DNA from: a virus | Reading direction: 5' to 3' (one strand) | DNA: 64,000 bases | IMG/VR virus record: IMGVR_UViG_3300035228_001078 | Part shown: in pieces, positions 16,921 through 26,103 of the stretch | Layout of the letters: every line of letters starts with the position of its first letter | Position numbering within the stretch: the first letter of the stretch is position 1 | Position numbers and translations under genes: made by a program | The notes under the pieces: generated by a model | What the model saw: only the letters and a program-made list of their open reading frames with translations | Databases searched by the model: none | What the model was told of the DNA's origin: nothing

Positions 16921-18588
16921 TTAATAATACTCCCACATATATGACGAGTCACCATATGTAGATGATATTTCCTTATCTACTGACCATTTTGTACCATCGC
17001 TCTCGGTAATAATATCCTCATCTAATCCATCACTAATAAAACCGAATGGTGCCATGTCCTGTTCAATCTGCTCTTTTTGCTCCTCATAGATTCGTTTACG
17101 GACATCATTATCCGTCATCTCTCGGAAGTAATCCTGAGCAACTAACCAGGCAAAGATAACCAAGCACATTGCAAGGTCATCATGACAACCATCTTCTGCC
17201 TCCCACGATTGTTTCTTCTGTACAAATGTAGTAAGTTCAGCAATGATATCATAATCATTAGTCGTGAGCTTGTCTTCTTCTACCAACGCTTTGAGGTTGG
17301 AGCATCCAGTCTTTTTAACAGCAGCAGTCATTCTGACTCCCATCTGCGTTTTCTTACCAGAGAACCCAGATCCAACAAGTTGACCTGCTCTACCTCTCAT
17401 AGAACACATCAGCATATTCTCATATTCTAAATCGTATTGTAAAATTGTCGCAACTTGATCACCAATATCATTCACCTCAACTAATACATAAGCTTCGTTG
17501 TATGCCCTTGCCATATCCAAAATAATATTTGGAAACAGCATCGGTTTAATTTCATTATTCTTATATCGCGCTACAGTTTTATATGGGAACTGTGTGATAT
17601 CAAAAACTATAAATGCAGAGTAATCATGATCAATGCCTCTAGCCGTGTCAACAGTCATAATATAATTGTTTTCCTTCTTTGGGGTCTCGTATACCACGAG
17701 ACCTTTTCCATTATTCTGTATTGGATCTTCAAAAACAAGATTGCGTAGCTTAGAGACGCTAATTAATGTATCAACAGATCCAAGGAATTCGCACTCAAAC
17801 TCAACCTTAAACTGTTGATCTGATGTGTTAGCAATAGTCTGTCGTTTCCATTCAGCATCTCTACCAGGAACCTCAGACCAGTGAACCTCTGTAGCTTTAT
17901 ATTCATTCTTCCCTCTCTCTGCGTTGTGCCAATATCTATAGAAATGGTTCATGCCGTGAGGCGTTGAAACCATAATTACCTTTGTGCTTTTACCAGAAGT
18001 AATAGTAGGATAAACAGAGGCAAAGAACGACTCTGCAATATGGTTTGGAACGAACGCAAACTCATCGAGGAAGATGATGTTAAACGACATGCCTCGGACA
18101 GCACTTGCAGATGTAGATGCTGCCAATATCTTACTGCCATTCTCCAGCTCCATCGATCCTTTATTCCAGGATAGTATACCCTGCTGCATCCATTTAGGCA
18201 AGTTCTCATAGGCAGTTTGTAACCTGCCTAACAACTCTCTTGCAGTTGCTGCTTTGTTAGCAAGGATACCTACATTAACACTATCATTAAAAACAATAAA
18301 ATGTAAGAGATAAGATACACATGTAGTAGACTTACCAGTCTGTCTTGGCATCTTACAGATATTAAATCTGTGCTCATGGAAGTTCTTAATCAATTTCTCT
18401 TGGAAGTCCCACATCTTGAAAGGCACCAAACCTTCGTCAAGAGAGACAATCTTTACATAGTTCTTTGTGAAATAAATTGGATCTTGCTTGCATTTAATCC
18501 ATTCCTCAACCTGCTTCTTAGTGAAGTTGATTGCGGTATTTGCTTTTTTTAGATTAGGATTACCTAGATAGATTTCATTTTGACTCAT
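16921..18588 (-). CDS. gp17: Terminase large subunit
   Basis: YLGNPNLK, MPRQTGKST, IFLDEFAFV, STPHGMNHFY, EAEDGCHDDLAM. Confidence 0.99.
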   Translation of the reverse strand: MSQNEIYLGNPNLKKANTAINFTKKQVEEWIKCKQDPIYFTKNYVKIVSLDEGLVPFKMWDFQEKLIKNFHEHRFNICKMPRQTGKSTTCVSYLLHFIVFNDSVNVGILANKAATARELLGRLQTAYENLPKWMQQGILSWNKGSMELENGSKILAASTSASAVRGMSFNIIFLDEFAFVPNHIAESFFASVYPTITSGKSTKVIMVSTPHGMNHFYRYWHNAERGKNEYKATEVHWSEVPGRDAEWKRQTIANTSDQQFKVEFECEFLGSVDTLISVSKLRNLVFEDPIQNNGKGLVVYETPKKENNYIMTVDTARGIDHDYSAFIVFDITQFPYKTVARYKNNEIKPMLFPNIILDMARAYNEAYVLVEVNDIGDQVATILQYDLEYENMLMCSMRGRAGQLVGSGFSGKKTQMGVRMTAAVKKTGCSNLKALVEEDKLTTNDYDIIAELTTFVQKKQSWEAEDGCHDDLAMCLVIFAWLVAQDYFREMTDNDVRKRIYEEQKEQIEQDMAPFGFISDGLDEDIITESDGTKWSVDKEISSTYGDSSYMWEYY

Positions 18589-18724
18589 CTTCTAGTTCAG
18601 CAAATGCTATCTTTAATATGTATGCAATATATCCAAACGATAATGCGACAGCAAGGATAGTCAAGATAATTACCGACCATACAGGATCAGCTGGATTATC
18701 AAGAGGACGCAATAATAAATTCAT
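18575..18724 (-). CDS. Small single-TM membrane protein (49 aa)
   Basis: Hand-translated MNLLLRPLDNPADPVWSVIILTILAVALSFGYIAYILKIAFAELEDESK*; fills the gap and overlaps the gp17 start. Confidence 0.65.
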   Translation of the reverse strand: MNLLLRPLDNPADPVWSVIILTILAVALSFGYIAYILKIAFAELEDESK

Positions 18725-18727
18725 TAC

Positions 18728-18931
18728 TCATGAGTCAAAATATTTCTGAAGAACTTCAATGCGTTCTTCTTCATGTGCAATCACATCAAGTTGATCCTGA
18801 ATAGAAGCAAGTACATCAGGATGCTCTCCAATACCTACAGGATATTTAAGGTAGATCTCAATGTTGAGTCTTGCCTTCTCAATATTGCCGGTGGCATTTG
18901 CTTTAAGAGCTTTTAAAATTTCATTTCTCAT
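18728..18931 (-). CDS. Conserved hypothetical protein (67 aa)
   Basis: GNIEKARLNIEIYL..PVGIGEHPDVL, a recurrent T4-like phage motif. Confidence 0.8.
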   Translation of the reverse strand: MRNEILKALKANATGNIEKARLNIEIYLKYPVGIGEHPDVLASIQDQLDVIAHEEERIEVLQKYFDS

Positions 18932-18934
18932 TGT

Positions 18935-19102
18935 TTAATAATTCCAATTTTCCCAAGGATCTTCATTATGTAGACATGATCTTGGATGCTTCCATTGATC
19001 AGAAGATTTTAAATTATCTAGTTGGGTTTCCAGCTTCCAAACCTCAAGTTTCAGCATCAAATTTTGTTCTCGCAATTTGCGAAGTTCTTTTTTCAGGCTC
19101 AT
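18935..19102 (-). CDS. Hypothetical coiled-coil protein (55 aa)
   Basis: Hand-translated MSLKKELRKLREQNLMLKLEVWKLETQLDNLKSSDQWKHPRSCLHNEDPWENWNY*; ends 3 nt before the next ATG. Confidence 0.62.
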   Translation of the reverse strand: MSLKKELRKLREQNLMLKLEVWKLETQLDNLKSSDQWKHPRSCLHNEDPWENWNY

Positions 19103-19214
19103 TTTGTTTTACATTGCAAGTTAATTCACATAGGGCACCAGTGTATTCTGAGTCTGGTATGAAGGGTTCAGATCCACAGACTGCACTCCTACACCATTTA
19201 ATTCCCCCAGACAT
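19044..19214 (-). CDS. Hypothetical Cys-containing protein (56 aa)
   Basis: MSGGIKWCRSAVCGSEPFIPDSEYTGALCELTC...; fills an otherwise empty gap but overlaps both neighbours. Confidence 0.45.
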   Translation of the reverse strand: MSGGIKWCRSAVCGSEPFIPDSEYTGALCELTCNVKQNEPEKRTSQIARTKFDAET

Positions 19215-19401
19215 CCCATCTGTCCTTAAAGTAGAAGTTGACTTCTGTTAGTGTTCCTGTTGGAGTATCCTCCGCAGACTCTGCCCATCTCTCACAAAAT
19301 TTATGTACAGATTCTGAACCATTGACAGTTGGAACACCATACATTCTAGAGAATGCACACATAGCAAAGTTAAATCTAGTCTTGTTTTTTTCTTGATACA
19401 T
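19198..19401 (-). CDS. Conserved hypothetical protein (67 aa)
   Basis: RFNFAMCAFSRMYGV...FCERWA...VNFYFKD; starts 3 nt after the gnd-like stop. Confidence 0.7.
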   Translation of the reverse strand: MYQEKNKTRFNFAMCAFSRMYGVPTVNGSESVHKFCERWAESAEDTPTGTLTEVNFYFKDRWDVWGN

Positions 19402-19404
19402 GAT

Positions 19405-19866
19405 TTAATTTGGTGCTAATGATTTAAAAATTTTAGAGCAAGTATCAATAGCATAAGGTGCTCCATATACTCCAGAGAAGATATAGGATATACCCAACTT
19501 AGAGCAATACTTCTCAAGCTCCTGACATTTTGTTATGTCACTGTTACTATGATCAATAATGATATCACCCTCTTCAAGTAATGGTAGTAACTCATCAAGT
19601 ATGTCTTCTGCCTTTTGCTCTGGGAGTGTAATCTGAAAGATACCAGGAATTCTACCAGAACTAGTATATTGCTTGCTATCAGATTTAACTGCTTGAACAA
19701 GATACTCTAATGAAGTTACACATCCACTAATATATCCTGCTTCATATTGTCCACAGGCACTTTCATAGTTAGTGCTACTGTAACCCCAAACTTCAATTCC
19801 CTTTTCAATCATACGGCGGGACATACCTTCACCAGTACGACCCAAACCAATCATTCCAACTTTCAT
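19405..19866 (-). CDS. gnd: Truncated 6-phosphogluconate dehydrogenase-like protein (N-terminal Rossmann domain only)
   Basis: MKVGMIGLGRTGEGMSRRM...PGIFQ...EGDIIIDHSNS...KLGISYI matches the cyanophage Gnd N-domain; stops at 153 aa without the catalytic C-domain; SD AGGAG. Confidence 0.8.
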   Translation of the reverse strand: MKVGMIGLGRTGEGMSRRMIEKGIEVWGYSSTNYESACGQYEAGYISGCVTSLEYLVQAVKSDSKQYTSSGRIPGIFQITLPEQKAEDILDELLPLLEEGDIIIDHSNSDITKCQELEKYCSKLGISYIFSGVYGAPYAIDTCSKIFKSLAPN

Positions 19867-19873
19867 AATTCTC

Positions 19874-20089
19874 CTATAAACTAATTTTTAACCAAGGTAA
19901 TAGTGGGGGGATCACTCCGATGAGCCTGAGGAGACCTTCAGCAAACAGAGAGAGAACAACCCAACCGACACACATAGAAATAATTCCAGCATTACGGTTG
20001 TGTTTACGAATGGCGTCATCGATCATCTCCTGACATTTCTCTTCAGTCACATGGTGACTAGGTTTAATTTCAGTCATTCGGTGGGGCAC
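19874..20089 (-). CDS. Small membrane protein (71 aa)
   Basis: CQEMIDDAIRKHNRNA followed by a hydrophobic stretch IISMCVGWVVLSLFAEGLLRLIGVIPPL. Confidence 0.75.
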   Translation of the reverse strand: MPHRMTEIKPSHHVTEEKCQEMIDDAIRKHNRNAGIISMCVGWVVLSLFAEGLLRLIGVIPPLLPWLKISL

Positions 20090-20093
20090 TATT

Positions 20094-20384
20094 TTAGTAA
20101 AGCTCTTCCTCTGCTTCTGCTTTGATTACACAGTTAGAAGTGGGATATGAAACGCATAGGAGTGCAAATCCTGCTTCCATCTGATCGTCGTCTAAAAATG
20201 ATTGCTCTTCTTGATTGACAGTTCCTGATTCAATCTTACCAGCGCATGAAGAACATGCACCAGCGCGACAAGAGTATGGTAAATCAATACCTTGCTCCTC
20301 AGCCTCGTCAAGAATGTAAGAATCTTCTGGACACTCGAAAGAGGTTTCGGTGCCGTCTGTTTGCTTGATTAAAATTGAATACAT
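20094..20384 (-). CDS. petF: Plant-type [2Fe-2S] ferredoxin (auxiliary metabolic gene)
   Basis: [19 protein letters not shown]...QSFLDDDQ...LLCVSYP; all four Cys ligands present. Confidence 0.96.
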   Translation of the reverse strand: MYSILIKQTDGTETSFECPEDSYILDEAEEQGIDLPYSCRAGACSSCAGKIESGTVNQEEQSFLDDDQMEAGFALLCVSYPTSNCVIKAEAEEELY

Positions 20385-20385
20385 A

Positions 20386-20709
20386 CTAATCTACATGAAT
20401 TGTGCCAGTCATCCCTGCGCTCTGATGAGGACCACAGAAGAAGTTATAGTCCCCTGCGTCAGCAAATAGGACATCTTGTGATTCCCCAGGAGCAAACAAC
20501 AGTGCTTCTCTGGAGAGATCAGGACGCGCCTCAACAATAATATTGTGAGGAGGTAGTGATTCATTAATAAAATGAACCGTATCACCTGCAGAGATTGTAA
20601 TCTCATTCGGCGTAAATACTAGGTTGCCATTAGCACCCATTGTGACATCTACTGCCCATGCAGGTAAAGCAAGGAACAGTGAAGCGATTAGGACAAATAA
20701 AGGCTTCAT
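20386..20709 (-). CDS. petE: Plastocyanin (auxiliary metabolic gene)
   Basis: Signal peptide [25 protein letters not shown]; copper ligands PPHN and [11 protein letters not shown]. Confidence 0.95.
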   Translation of the reverse strand: MKPLFVLIASLFLALPAWAVDVTMGANGNLVFTPNEITISAGDTVHFINESLPPHNIIVEARPDLSREALLFAPGESQDVLFADAGDYNFFCGPHQSAGMTGTIHVD

Positions 20710-20778
20710 TGAATGAAGTGTTTGCAACTATACTATCTAGTTATCTTCTTAGATTGTATAAAAAGCAATATCAGGACT

Positions 20779-21114
20779 TCAAAACTCAAATCCCATCTCA
20801 TCTCCAAGATCTCTCATTTTCTCCATTGCATCTTTCTTTTCTTTCATTACTCCGTCAATATATCCCATCCTATACTCCCAAGTCTGTCCACCATCCTTAC
20901 CCTTCAAAGGATTAATGCACTGCTCATCGCCTAGTTTATTACAAACAAGACCAGCAAGGTCAAGCTCACTAGAATTAGATGAACCGCCAGTGCCACGCCA
21001 GACATGAGTTCCATTAATCCAGGTTGCTCCACACTTCTCACATTCTTTACGCTCTAGTTTAAAATCTGAAAATTCCTTGTCAGACATAATTACTCCTAGA
21101 TCAGACATCATCAC
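20779..21114 (-). CDS. Conserved hypothetical Cys-motif protein
   Basis: CEKCGATWING...ELDLAGLVCNKLGD.QCINP; exact start Met uncertain. Confidence 0.75.
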   Translation of the reverse strand: MMMSDLGVIMSDKEFSDFKLERKECEKCGATWINGTHVWRGTGGSSNSSELDLAGLVCNKLGDEQCINPLKGKDGGQTWEYRMGYIDGVMKEKKDAMEKMRDLGDEMGFEF

Positions 21115-21153
21115 CCCTATAGGATATCCTACAGATACATTATAGCCTATTTA

Positions 21154-21711
21154 TTAGCAGTTCCACGCCCTAAGAGACTTATTAATCCTGCTATCGGGAT
21201 CGCCTGCTGTCTTCTTAGATGTAAGTTTCTTCTTCATGCCTTTCATTCGCGCACAAAAACTCGCTCTACGAGGGTTCCCAACTTTTTTTGAAGGTGCCTT
21301 AAGATCGCTTCCTGGGTTTTGACGCTCATACGACTTCCGTCCTTTTTCATTTAATCCACCTTCACTGTTTTTACCTGACTTTTTCTGCCAGTCTTCGCCC
21401 ATCATTTTACTATCAACATTCTTTTGACTAAAATCCCAGTTCTTTGGATCTCCCTTGAGGATTTTATTCAAAGTATTCATTCTTCTCTGCTGAGCTTTCT
21501 TTATCCCAGCTGAGTTATCAATGGTATCCCCTATCTGATATTGTCCAGGCGGACTGGGATCGTCATGATTTCTCATGCCAGGAGGTTTAGCTTCATTCAT
21601 TTTCACGCACGAGTCATCAACCTTATCAGCTTCAAAGTCAGCTGTGGTTGTGACCTTTTTCTTCTTCGCTTCTGCTAAGAATGCGTCAATATCAGAGTAT
21701 GTTCCGAACAT
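21154..21711 (-). CDS. Basic hypothetical protein (DUF6321-like C-terminus), possible internal head protein
   Basis: C-terminal WQKKSGKNSEGGLNEKGRKSYERQNPGSDLKAP...RRASFCARMKG...DPDSRINKSLRAWNC. Confidence 0.75.
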   Translation of the reverse strand: MFGTYSDIDAFLAEAKKKKVTTTADFEADKVDDSCVKMNEAKPPGMRNHDDPSPPGQYQIGDTIDNSAGIKKAQQRRMNTLNKILKGDPKNWDFSQKNVDSKMMGEDWQKKSGKNSEGGLNEKGRKSYERQNPGSDLKAPSKKVGNPRRASFCARMKGMKKKLTSKKTAGDPDSRINKSLRAWNC

Positions 21712-21746
21712 GTTACGGACGAACTGTTTCCTGAATAATATTTATA

Positions 21747-22175
21747 TTACATTTTATATGAGTCGTCAGTAGTAATTTTGATTGGTCCCTGCTCAAGACG
21801 AATAGTCTGTGCAGGTGCAGTCTGTGCTGCTTTCTCAATCAATCTTTCCATCTGGTCTTTGGTAATTCCACCACCACCACTACCACCTTCTCCAGCTTTC
21901 TTTGCTGCCTGGACACCAAAAGTAGCTAAAACCCCCGTGAAGACGCTGGCTATGAAAGTCGGATCTAGTTTTTGTTCAGGAATTCCAAGTGCTGGTGGAA
22001 GTTTGATGTATGCCAGCGTGAGTATTCCGCCAGACCAAACAAGGATGCCGAGCCTAACAAAAGTAGACAGAATAGCAAGCTGTTCTTCCTTGTCATCTGC
22101 TGCCTCCTTTATCTTTCCAAGCAGACCTTTTTTCTTAGGATCTTTGGATTCTTCCTTCTTGACTTCTTCGGGCAT
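21747..22175 (-). CDS. Conserved two-TM membrane protein
   Basis: LSTFVRLGILVWSGGILTLAYI...DPTFIASVFTGVLATFGV; CTAAATA upstream at 22198-22204. Confidence 0.8.
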   Translation of the reverse strand: MPEEVKKEESKDPKKKGLLGKIKEAADDKEEQLAILSTFVRLGILVWSGGILTLAYIKLPPALGIPEQKLDPTFIASVFTGVLATFGVQAAKKAGEGGSGGGGITKDQMERLIEKAAQTAPAQTIRLEQGPIKITTDDSYKM

Positions 22176-22196
22176 GAATCAAAAGTTATTTTATTT

Positions 22197-22610
22197 TTAT
22201 TTAGAACTTTGGTTCATTTGCTTGAGCATTTTTTGCAGCTCTGCTGTAGAACCAACAAACATTGCATTGTTTGTAACTGATGTAGGTCCCTTTTTATCTT
22301 CATCAATATCTTTTAATTTCTTTTGCAAGTCAAGGAGTTTGTCTGTAGTATCAGCAACACTCTTAATAATCTGACCTGCAACTTCATATGCTCTAGGAGA
22401 TTGTGTTTGATCTGCTAGGTCCATTATACCGTTGAGAGTTTCTTGACCTTTCTCAATCAAAGAATACAAATTACCACGAGTATACTCGTAATCCTTTTGT
22501 ACATCCTTATTCTCACTGGGTTTTATGGCACTAGATTCTTCTACGATTGGTTGAATATTTACAGTCTCACTAGTTGTATTCAGCGTCTCATCAATCTTAT
22601 CAAAGTTCAT
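22197..22610 (-). CDS. gp16: Terminase small subunit
   Basis: DYEYTRGNLYSLIEKGQE...SPRAYEVAGQIIK...TNNAMFVGSTAELQKML. Confidence 0.93.
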   Translation of the reverse strand: MNFDKIDETLNTTSETVNIQPIVEESSAIKPSENKDVQKDYEYTRGNLYSLIEKGQETLNGIMDLADQTQSPRAYEVAGQIIKSVADTTDKLLDLQKKLKDIDEDKKGPTSVTNNAMFVGSTAELQKMLKQMNQSSK

Positions 22611-23416
22611 ACATCCTCCTGTCTAGTAGGACTGTAGACTTTACCATCTTCAAAATCTTGTACAGTCTCACTAAATCCAAAATCATCTCCTGGTTCTGCA
22701 TCAATTGGATCAGGAACAGCAGTGTAACGCATTTCTCTCTTGGCGACTTTCTTGTCGGTATCAGTGTAGTAATCAACCTGAACCTTACGGATAAGTCCTT
22801 CAGTGCTTTGAGCAATTGGACCAAACAGATATGTCTTTGCTTGGAATGTAAGTGTATATGTTAAGACTCTTCTAGAAGAAAAATCACCTTCATACTCATC
22901 GCTAAATGAAATATTTTCTAAGATAATAGGAATGTCTCGTTTCTCTCCAATACTACTAATTAGATCAACTGTTACATTAAATGATGGTTGGAAGAACGGC
23001 AGAATTTGTTCGATAATTTGTAGTGCATCATCATTCAACTTGCACATGATATTTAATTCAAACCCAACATTATATGGAACTGGTAAAAATACTTTTTTTA
23101 TTTTATCGCCATCAGATGTATCAACAGCTTTAAATGTTTTTGTTACTGATGTTTTTCTACTAGGATCATATGAGATGGAATTCATCTCAAATGACATTCT
23201 TGGCAGCGTAATTGCTGTTGCTTTATTTAATTCTGCTTGTTGTAAAATCTTTGCTAAGAATTTTGATTTTGGTCCATATGAAAGAGGGACATTCAAATCA
23301 CTAATTATATTAGATCCGTCCCTATCAGTTTTTTGTACATGAATATCATTAAACAGTGTGCCAAAAGCGATCACCGTTTTACGAAGAATTTCATGATAGA
23401 AATATGTTCCTAACAT
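22607..23416 (-). CDS. gp15: Tail sheath stabilizer / completion protein
   Basis: YFYHEILRKTVIAFGTLFNDI, VPLSYGPK, LPRMSFE, PVPYN, QIIEQILPFFQP. Confidence 0.96.
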   Translation of the reverse strand: MLGTYFYHEILRKTVIAFGTLFNDIHVQKTDRDGSNIISDLNVPLSYGPKSKFLAKILQQAELNKATAITLPRMSFEMNSISYDPSRKTSVTKTFKAVDTSDGDKIKKVFLPVPYNVGFELNIMCKLNDDALQIIEQILPFFQPSFNVTVDLISSIGEKRDIPIILENISFSDEYEGDFSSRRVLTYTLTFQAKTYLFGPIAQSTEGLIRKVQVDYYTDTDKKVAKREMRYTAVPDPIDAEPGDDFGFSETVQDFEDGKVYSPTRQEDV

Positions 23417-26103
23417 CAGAAGTTACCAAATGGATTTTTCTCTGTGAAGTCGAGAATGTTATCTGCTACAATCTCGAATTCATCATTAAGAGTAAATGGG
23501 CTAGTAGTGTCAATTCCAGTGTGAGACAGAATTTGATATCTGGCAGATGATGCAGTTCCTGTTATGAACTCACCAGGGAAGAATACGCCATTATTTATTG
23601 TGAGTTTTAGTTTTCTTTCAACTTCGTTCCACTCTTGCACATAAGCCTCTGTTCCAGACCGGGATCCAATAACTCTTTCATTGAAGAAATAAGTTCCAAC
23701 ACCTAGGGATAGGGGATCTCCAATAGTGATTAGTGGTGGAGCCTCATATCCAGATCCAGCATTGGTGAGGAAGATTCTACTGAGACCATTACCGCCAAGA
23801 ATAGAGATTGCAGTTGCTTGTACTTGACCTGGTTTGACTCCTGTGTATAGATCAGATGTTCCTACTCCAGTCACAGAAGCGATTCCGAGAGAATCGCCAT
23901 CAGCAACATAAAAAGTATCTCCAACACTAAATCCTTCTCCTCCGTCAGCAACAGAGATAGTGGAAAGAATGCCACTAATTGCAGTATAGTCAACTATCAA
24001 TCCTTGACCAGAAGTGGATACCGTTACAATTCCTACATCGTTTCCAGAAGAGGCATATTGACCACCAGATAATGCTAAAGAAGTCACCCGTCTTCCGAGA
24101 GTAACATTAGCAGCTGCTGTTGTAGTTGTTGCGGTTTCTAATGCATTGTCTGTAAATGTAACTGGAACTGAAGCATATTCCGATTGAACATCAAGGAAAG
24201 ATACGCTAAGAATGCCGTAGTGATCATAATCCGATCCACTGTTTCCTTCTTGTAACAATCTAAACCAAGTATTTGTACTTTGAGATCCTGGTGTAGCAGA
24301 AATATTAAAATCATAATTATCAAGGACACCAGTTCCAGTTCCATTAGCAACAGCTGGAATAACAATTCCAAGATCAACCCATAATGAATTATCTGGAGTT
24401 GCCCCAATTCCGGTAGTTTGATATTGGATCTTCAGATCTTCTGTGCCAGCGACATCAGGTGTCTCACCCCCATTGGTTCCATTACCACGAACTGCATAGA
24501 CTCTAGCAGTATCGACATTTGTGGTATCAACTGGATTTAATGTTGCAAATCTAGTTCCATCTGCACCACCAAATCTAAGGTGAGTTGAACCAATATTAAA
24601 ACCACCGGTAGTACCAGAACCAGATCCATTTGACGCAATTGATGTTCCATTTCCAAACTCATATATATTTGTCGAATCTGCTGTTCCAACAGTGATACCA
24701 TCTAACTGAATGGTAGTTACGATACCTGAAGTAATACTAGCTGTTGCGGATTGTCCACTAGCATCTCCTCCAAGAGTGACGATGGGTGGGAATGTATATC
24801 CAGATCCACCACTTGTTATGTTAAATCTCTTTATTGTTCCTGTAGTTGAAAGTCCAGCAATTATATCTGCTCCAGTACCAACCCCAGATTGGACAATACT
24901 AACAGCGGGAGCAGATTCGTATCCACTACCTCCACCATTTAATAGAATACCAGTAATTGCTCCATTTGTTACAGTAGTTATTGTTCCCACTGCGGCAACT
25001 GTCGGACTACCGCCACTGAAACTTAATGCAAGAGTGCTGTGGAGGTTTGATAGGTATCCAGATCCACCAGCTGATTGGAAAGGACTAATAGATTGGACAA
25101 TGCCAGTAATAGTTCTCTTAAATACATCAGAGGGACTTTGAATTGAAATAGATGGAGCACCTACATAATTTACTCCTTTATCGGTAATACGAATTGATGT
25201 GATACCGCTATTCGTAAGAGACGATGTGGCACCAGCACCTACACCAGGTCCACCAAAAGTAAACGGTGGTGGTTCTGTATACGCAAAACCTGGATTCTGT
25301 AGAACAACTTGGTCAACAGAAAATAAACCACCAGATCGTTCTGTGGTAAATGCAAACGCTGTTGCTCTAGATGAAGTAACACCAGCAGGAGATTGTCCTA
25401 CAACCACAGATGGAGCGGAAGTATACCCATAACCATCATCATTCAAGAAGATTTGCTGTACTGCACCTTGGCTAGCAAAGGAGTCAACAATAGCACTTGC
25501 AGTAGAACCAATGCCTGCGAGGGCAACAGTTGTAACTTCTCCTTCCTCTTGTGCTCTTTCGTCGATAAACGATACATTCGTATCGAACTGCTCATCTTCA
25601 TAACGGAAGAGTTCGCATTGTAATTCGTAAATATAATTTTTACCAAGCTGATAGAACGGATTTTCATGTTCTACATGCTTAACTTCAAAAAGTCTTTCGC
25701 CCAATGGGAAGTAAATTAAATCTCCTTCTTTAGGTCTCTCACCCAAAAGGACATCTGTTCCTGCATTTTTGGCGTTGTGTGTAACAACAAAGGGTGCAAT
25801 AAAATCTTCGTATCTTTCTCTAGAAACTGTCAGTGTAATTTCATTCTGCAAATTGATACCAAATTTTGTCATGATATCACTGCCCTTAGCATATCCCTCA
25901 AAATTGTTTAGATACGCTTCAATAATATATGCATCATTAAATTTAGATGATTGTACTTCTCCGAGTACATCATCCGTACTAATCAGTTTTCTGGGTATGT
26001 AATATACATCAACCCCGAACATGGACAGATGCTCATCAATCAACGACTGCATCAGCCGCTGTTCATCAGGTGATCCTTGAAGAAAGAAGGGATTTAACGC
26101 CAT
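23416..26103 (-). CDS. gp14: Neck protein gp14 with a large internal insertion (895 aa)
   Basis: gp14 N-domain (MALNPFF...RPKEGDLIYFP...FYQLGKNYIYELQCELF) and C-end (DFTEKNPFG) flank roughly 650 aa of G/T-rich repeats. Confidence 0.93.
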   Translation of the reverse strand: MALNPFFLQGSPDEQRLMQSLIDEHLSMFGVDVYYIPRKLISTDDVLGEVQSSKFNDAYIIEAYLNNFEGYAKGSDIMTKFGINLQNEITLTVSRERYEDFIAPFVVTHNAKNAGTDVLLGERPKEGDLIYFPLGERLFEVKHVEHENPFYQLGKNYIYELQCELFRYEDEQFDTNVSFIDERAQEEGEVTTVALAGIGSTASAIVDSFASQGAVQQIFLNDDGYGYTSAPSVVVGQSPAGVTSSRATAFAFTTERSGGLFSVDQVVLQNPGFAYTEPPPFTFGGPGVGAGATSSLTNSGITSIRITDKGVNYVGAPSISIQSPSDVFKRTITGIVQSISPFQSAGGSGYLSNLHSTLALSFSGGSPTVAAVGTITTVTNGAITGILLNGGGSGYESAPAVSIVQSGVGTGADIIAGLSTTGTIKRFNITSGGSGYTFPPIVTLGGDASGQSATASITSGIVTTIQLDGITVGTADSTNIYEFGNGTSIASNGSGSGTTGGFNIGSTHLRFGGADGTRFATLNPVDTTNVDTARVYAVRGNGTNGGETPDVAGTEDLKIQYQTTGIGATPDNSLWVDLGIVIPAVANGTGTGVLDNYDFNISATPGSQSTNTWFRLLQEGNSGSDYDHYGILSVSFLDVQSEYASVPVTFTDNALETATTTTAAANVTLGRRVTSLALSGGQYASSGNDVGIVTVSTSGQGLIVDYTAISGILSTISVADGGEGFSVGDTFYVADGDSLGIASVTGVGTSDLYTGVKPGQVQATAISILGGNGLSRIFLTNAGSGYEAPPLITIGDPLSLGVGTYFFNERVIGSRSGTEAYVQEWNEVERKLKLTINNGVFFPGEFITGTASSARYQILSHTGIDTTSPFTLNDEFEIVADNILDFTEKNPFGNF

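Noticed and set aside
899-18588. Inteins or introns in gp46, uvsW, gp20, gp23 or gp17
   Set aside because: Lengths look normal, frames are continuous, and no intein-terminal or homing-endonuclease motifs were seen.
19198-19404. Frameshifted C-terminal half of gnd
   Set aside because: The downstream sequence encodes an unrelated ORF, and no KMVHNGIEY-like motif was found in the frames I read.
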